From positions 1-7,363 of the forward strand of contig DAIUEN010000028.1 of the NCBI GenBank assembly GCA_036845085.1: a stretch of DNA of 7,363 nt, in the 5' to 3' direction. Position numbers and translations under genes: made by a program. How positions within the stretch are numbered: the stretch's first letter is position 1; every line of letters starts with the position of its first letter. Origin of the DNA: Candidatus Nanopusillus sp. (GTDB lineage Archaea; Nanobdellota; Nanobdellia; Nanobdellales; Nanobdellaceae). The notes below the pieces were generated by a model that was given only the letters and a program-made list of their open reading frames with translations, had not been told where the DNA came from and searched no databases. Positions 5,728-7,363 of this stretch are shown here, one piece after another.

Positions 5728-6414
5728 TTATACATATATAGAAACTTTAGAGATAGAATCATTTACATATACAAAAAAAGAAATAAAATCTGTAAATGTT
5801 GAAATGTATCTTTGGAATAATATTTTATTTCCATGATATAACGGCAACATAGAATTGTATAATTTAATTATAATAATATTTTCCACATTGCTAATATTTA
5901 CATATCCATTTTGATATATGATTATATCGCATCCCAAATATGAAGAATAACCTAAGGTATATATTGTATAATTAAATGTAGAGCATTTTACATTAGCATT
6001 ATATGCATCTATAGATATTCTTGGATCTATGTTGTTTTTACTGTAAAAAAAGGCTGATATGTTTGTAGTAGTGTTTACAGAAGAATTTTTTACAATAGAT
6101 ATTAATCTTCTAGTTTCATCGTAAAAAATATATACTTTATTACTTGTATTAGATGGAATTTCATTCTTTAAATAAACTACTGTTGGGCTGATGGAATAAC
6201 TGTATGTGATATTTAGGATACTGTTTACTATATTCGTGTCCTTTATATAAGAAAAGTAAAAAGATGCCAAGTATAATCTTTGAAATGTTGATATTTTAAA
6301 TAAATTATTATAGTAGCTGTACAGATAACTTGATACATTTGATAAAATATATATGATAAAAATTATGAATATAGCAAATGTAATTAATAGTTCTATCCAT
6401 GCTTGAGATTTCAT
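5728..6414 (-). CDS. Type IV pilin-like protein with a class III signal peptide (228 aa), predicted secreted and N-glycosylated
   Basis: The N-terminus MKS|QAWIELLITFAIFIIFIIYIL has a basic residue at -2, a small residue at -1, Gln at +1 and Glu at +5, followed by about 20 hydrophobic residues. This resembles the archaeal G-Q-x-S-x-E-F/L pilin N-terminal motif (DUF361/Class_IIIsignal type). The rest is Asn/Ser/Thr/Tyr-rich and beta-like, with 9 N-x-S/T sequons by my count and 2 Cys. Its ATG (6414-6412) overlaps the platform gene's TGA (6413-6411) as ATGA. Confidence 0.55.
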   Translation of the reverse strand: MKSQAWIELLITFAIFIIFIIYILSNVSSYLYSYYNNLFKISTFQRLYLASFYFSYIKDTNIVNSILNITYSYSISPTVVYLKNEIPSNTSNKVYIFYDETRRLISIVKNSSVNTTTNISAFFYSKNNIDPRISIDAYNANVKCSTFNYTIYTLGYSSYLGCDIIIYQNGYVNISNVENIIIIKLYNSMLPLYHGNKILFQRYISTFTDFISFFVYVNDSISKVSIYV

Positions 6415-7363
6415 TGTATTACAGATATTTTAGTTGTTTTTTCATATTTTCTTCCTTTATATATTAGCTCCGCTTTAAAAGCATATTCTCCTGGAGTTTC
6501 AAATGTAATTGTTGTTTTAGCGAAGCCTTGAGATAAAGTCAGTACAAAACTTTTATTATACTCAGGTCCTACTATATACAACCAGATATTTTCGTTTATT
6601 GGTTCGGAATCCGCAGTTGCTAGGATATTTACGGTTACTGGAGTATATATATAAGCTTGGGTTGGGTTTACTTGTAGCTGTAAATCTATTTTTTGTGGTA
6701 GGATAAATATAGAAATTGCTAGTACAGATATAAATAAAGTTACTCCTAAATGCTTTGCTGAAGATGAAATTTTTCCACTTTCAGCTATTCCCATTATTAT
6801 TGCTGCAGATATACCTTCCATTAGTATAGATAACGCAGCGATAAATTTTAACCATCCATAACTTATTGATTCGCTAAATAAGTTAAATTGTGCTGAAGTT
6901 TCACCAGCAAGAGCTTTTGCTAGTAACTGGCTACTTATTAGGGGTTGGATTATTCCTATAATTGATAACATTAGACCGATGAATATAAAAAATATAGCAT
7001 AGAGAACTAGAATTTGTTGAGATACATAAGAACGTTTTAGTTTTTCCAATTCCCTAATTGTATACATGTCTTTATATAGTAATCTAAAAACTTTTGCTAC
7101 ATCTCCTCCTCCTTTATATGCTTCTAGTATTATATAGTTAATTCTTTGTATATTTGGAATATCTTCAAAGTATTTATTATACATAGAAAAAGCTTTTTCG
7201 AAAGACATACCCCAAGTTATCCAACTGTATAACTTTCTTAAAAATATATTTAAATAACCGAAATTTTGTTCAGTAGCTAGTTTTAAAGATTCTAATAGTG
7301 TCATTCCAGAACCTAAAGACTCTGCTAAAGAATATAAAAAATAAGGATAGTTTTCTATTATAT
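6411..7363 (-). CDS. FlaJ/TadC-family (T2SSF-domain) type IV filament platform membrane protein, 5'-truncated by the window edge, with an extra C-terminal beta-rich domain
   Basis: The frame stays open upstream of the track Met at 7304 all the way to 7363, reading ...IIENYPYFLYSLAESLGSG-MTLLESLKLA. The T2SSF-like cytoplasmic repeat pattern is LAESLGSGMTLLESL...WGMSFEKAF...ILEAYKGGGDV...L. It is followed by three hydrophobic segments and a 94-aa tail. TGA at 6413-6411. Confidence 0.8.
   Translation of the reverse strand, partial: IIENYPYFLYSLAESLGSGMTLLESLKLATEQNFGYLNIFLRKLYSWITWGMSFEKAFSMYNKYFEDIPNIQRINYIILEAYKGGGDVAKVFRLLYKDMYTIRELEKLKRSYVSQQILVLYAIFFIFIGLMLSIIGIIQPLISSQLLAKALAGETSAQFNLFSESISYGWLKFIAALSILMEGISAAIIMGIAESGKISSSAKHLGVTLFISVLAISIFILPQKIDLQLQVNPTQAYIYTPVTVNILATADSEPINENIWLYIVGPEYNKSFVLTLSQGFAKTTITFETPGEYAFKAELIYKGRKYEKTTKISVIQ

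Noticed and set aside
1-7363. CRISPR array, defence system, toxin-antitoxin pair or other novel multi-gene system
   Set aside because: There are no spaced direct repeats. There is no nuclease/ATPase/sensor combination outside the well-explained Hef. The small ORFs (68 aa, 93 aa) are not arranged as a TA pair. Every large ORF has a confident housekeeping or filament-machinery assignment. Only the filament module at 5728-7363 shows unusual architecture.

Overview
This is a very AT-rich (about a quarter G+C by eye), tightly packed window that looks archaeal. The + strand carries one tRNA-Arg(UCG) at 164-238, which is conspicuously GC-rich. A palindromic TTTATAAA box sits about 25 nt upstream of it, and an edge-truncated open frame (2-178) runs into it. 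The rest of the window is eight co-directional minus-strand CDSs. Listed in their direction of transcription (right to left), they are: the 3' part of a FlaJ/TadC-type type IV filament platform protein, whose frame is open to the right edge so the track start at 7304 is internal; a pilin-like protein with a class III signal (K-S|Q-A-W-I-E) joined to it by an ATGA overlap; ribosomal protein L31e; tRNA(G26) dimethyltransferase Trm1; a 93-aa orphan; full-length Hef (SF2 helicase + XPF/ERCC4 nuclease + HhH2); a NOL1/NOP2/Sun RNA m5C methyltransferase; and a 68-aa winged-helix-like protein. I see no CRISPR array, mobile element, integrase, toxin-antitoxin pair or recognisable defence system. The only accessory-looking part is the filament module at 5728-7363, where the platform protein carries an extra C-terminal beta-rich domain next to an atypical pilin. 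The remainder is housekeeping with features typical of compact genomes: 1-, 4- and 11-nt gene overlaps, a functionally mixed operon, and TATA spacing that suggests leaderless transcripts. The combination of traits is compatible with a thermophilic, reduced-genome archaeon (DPANN/Nanoarchaeota-like), but that is inference only.
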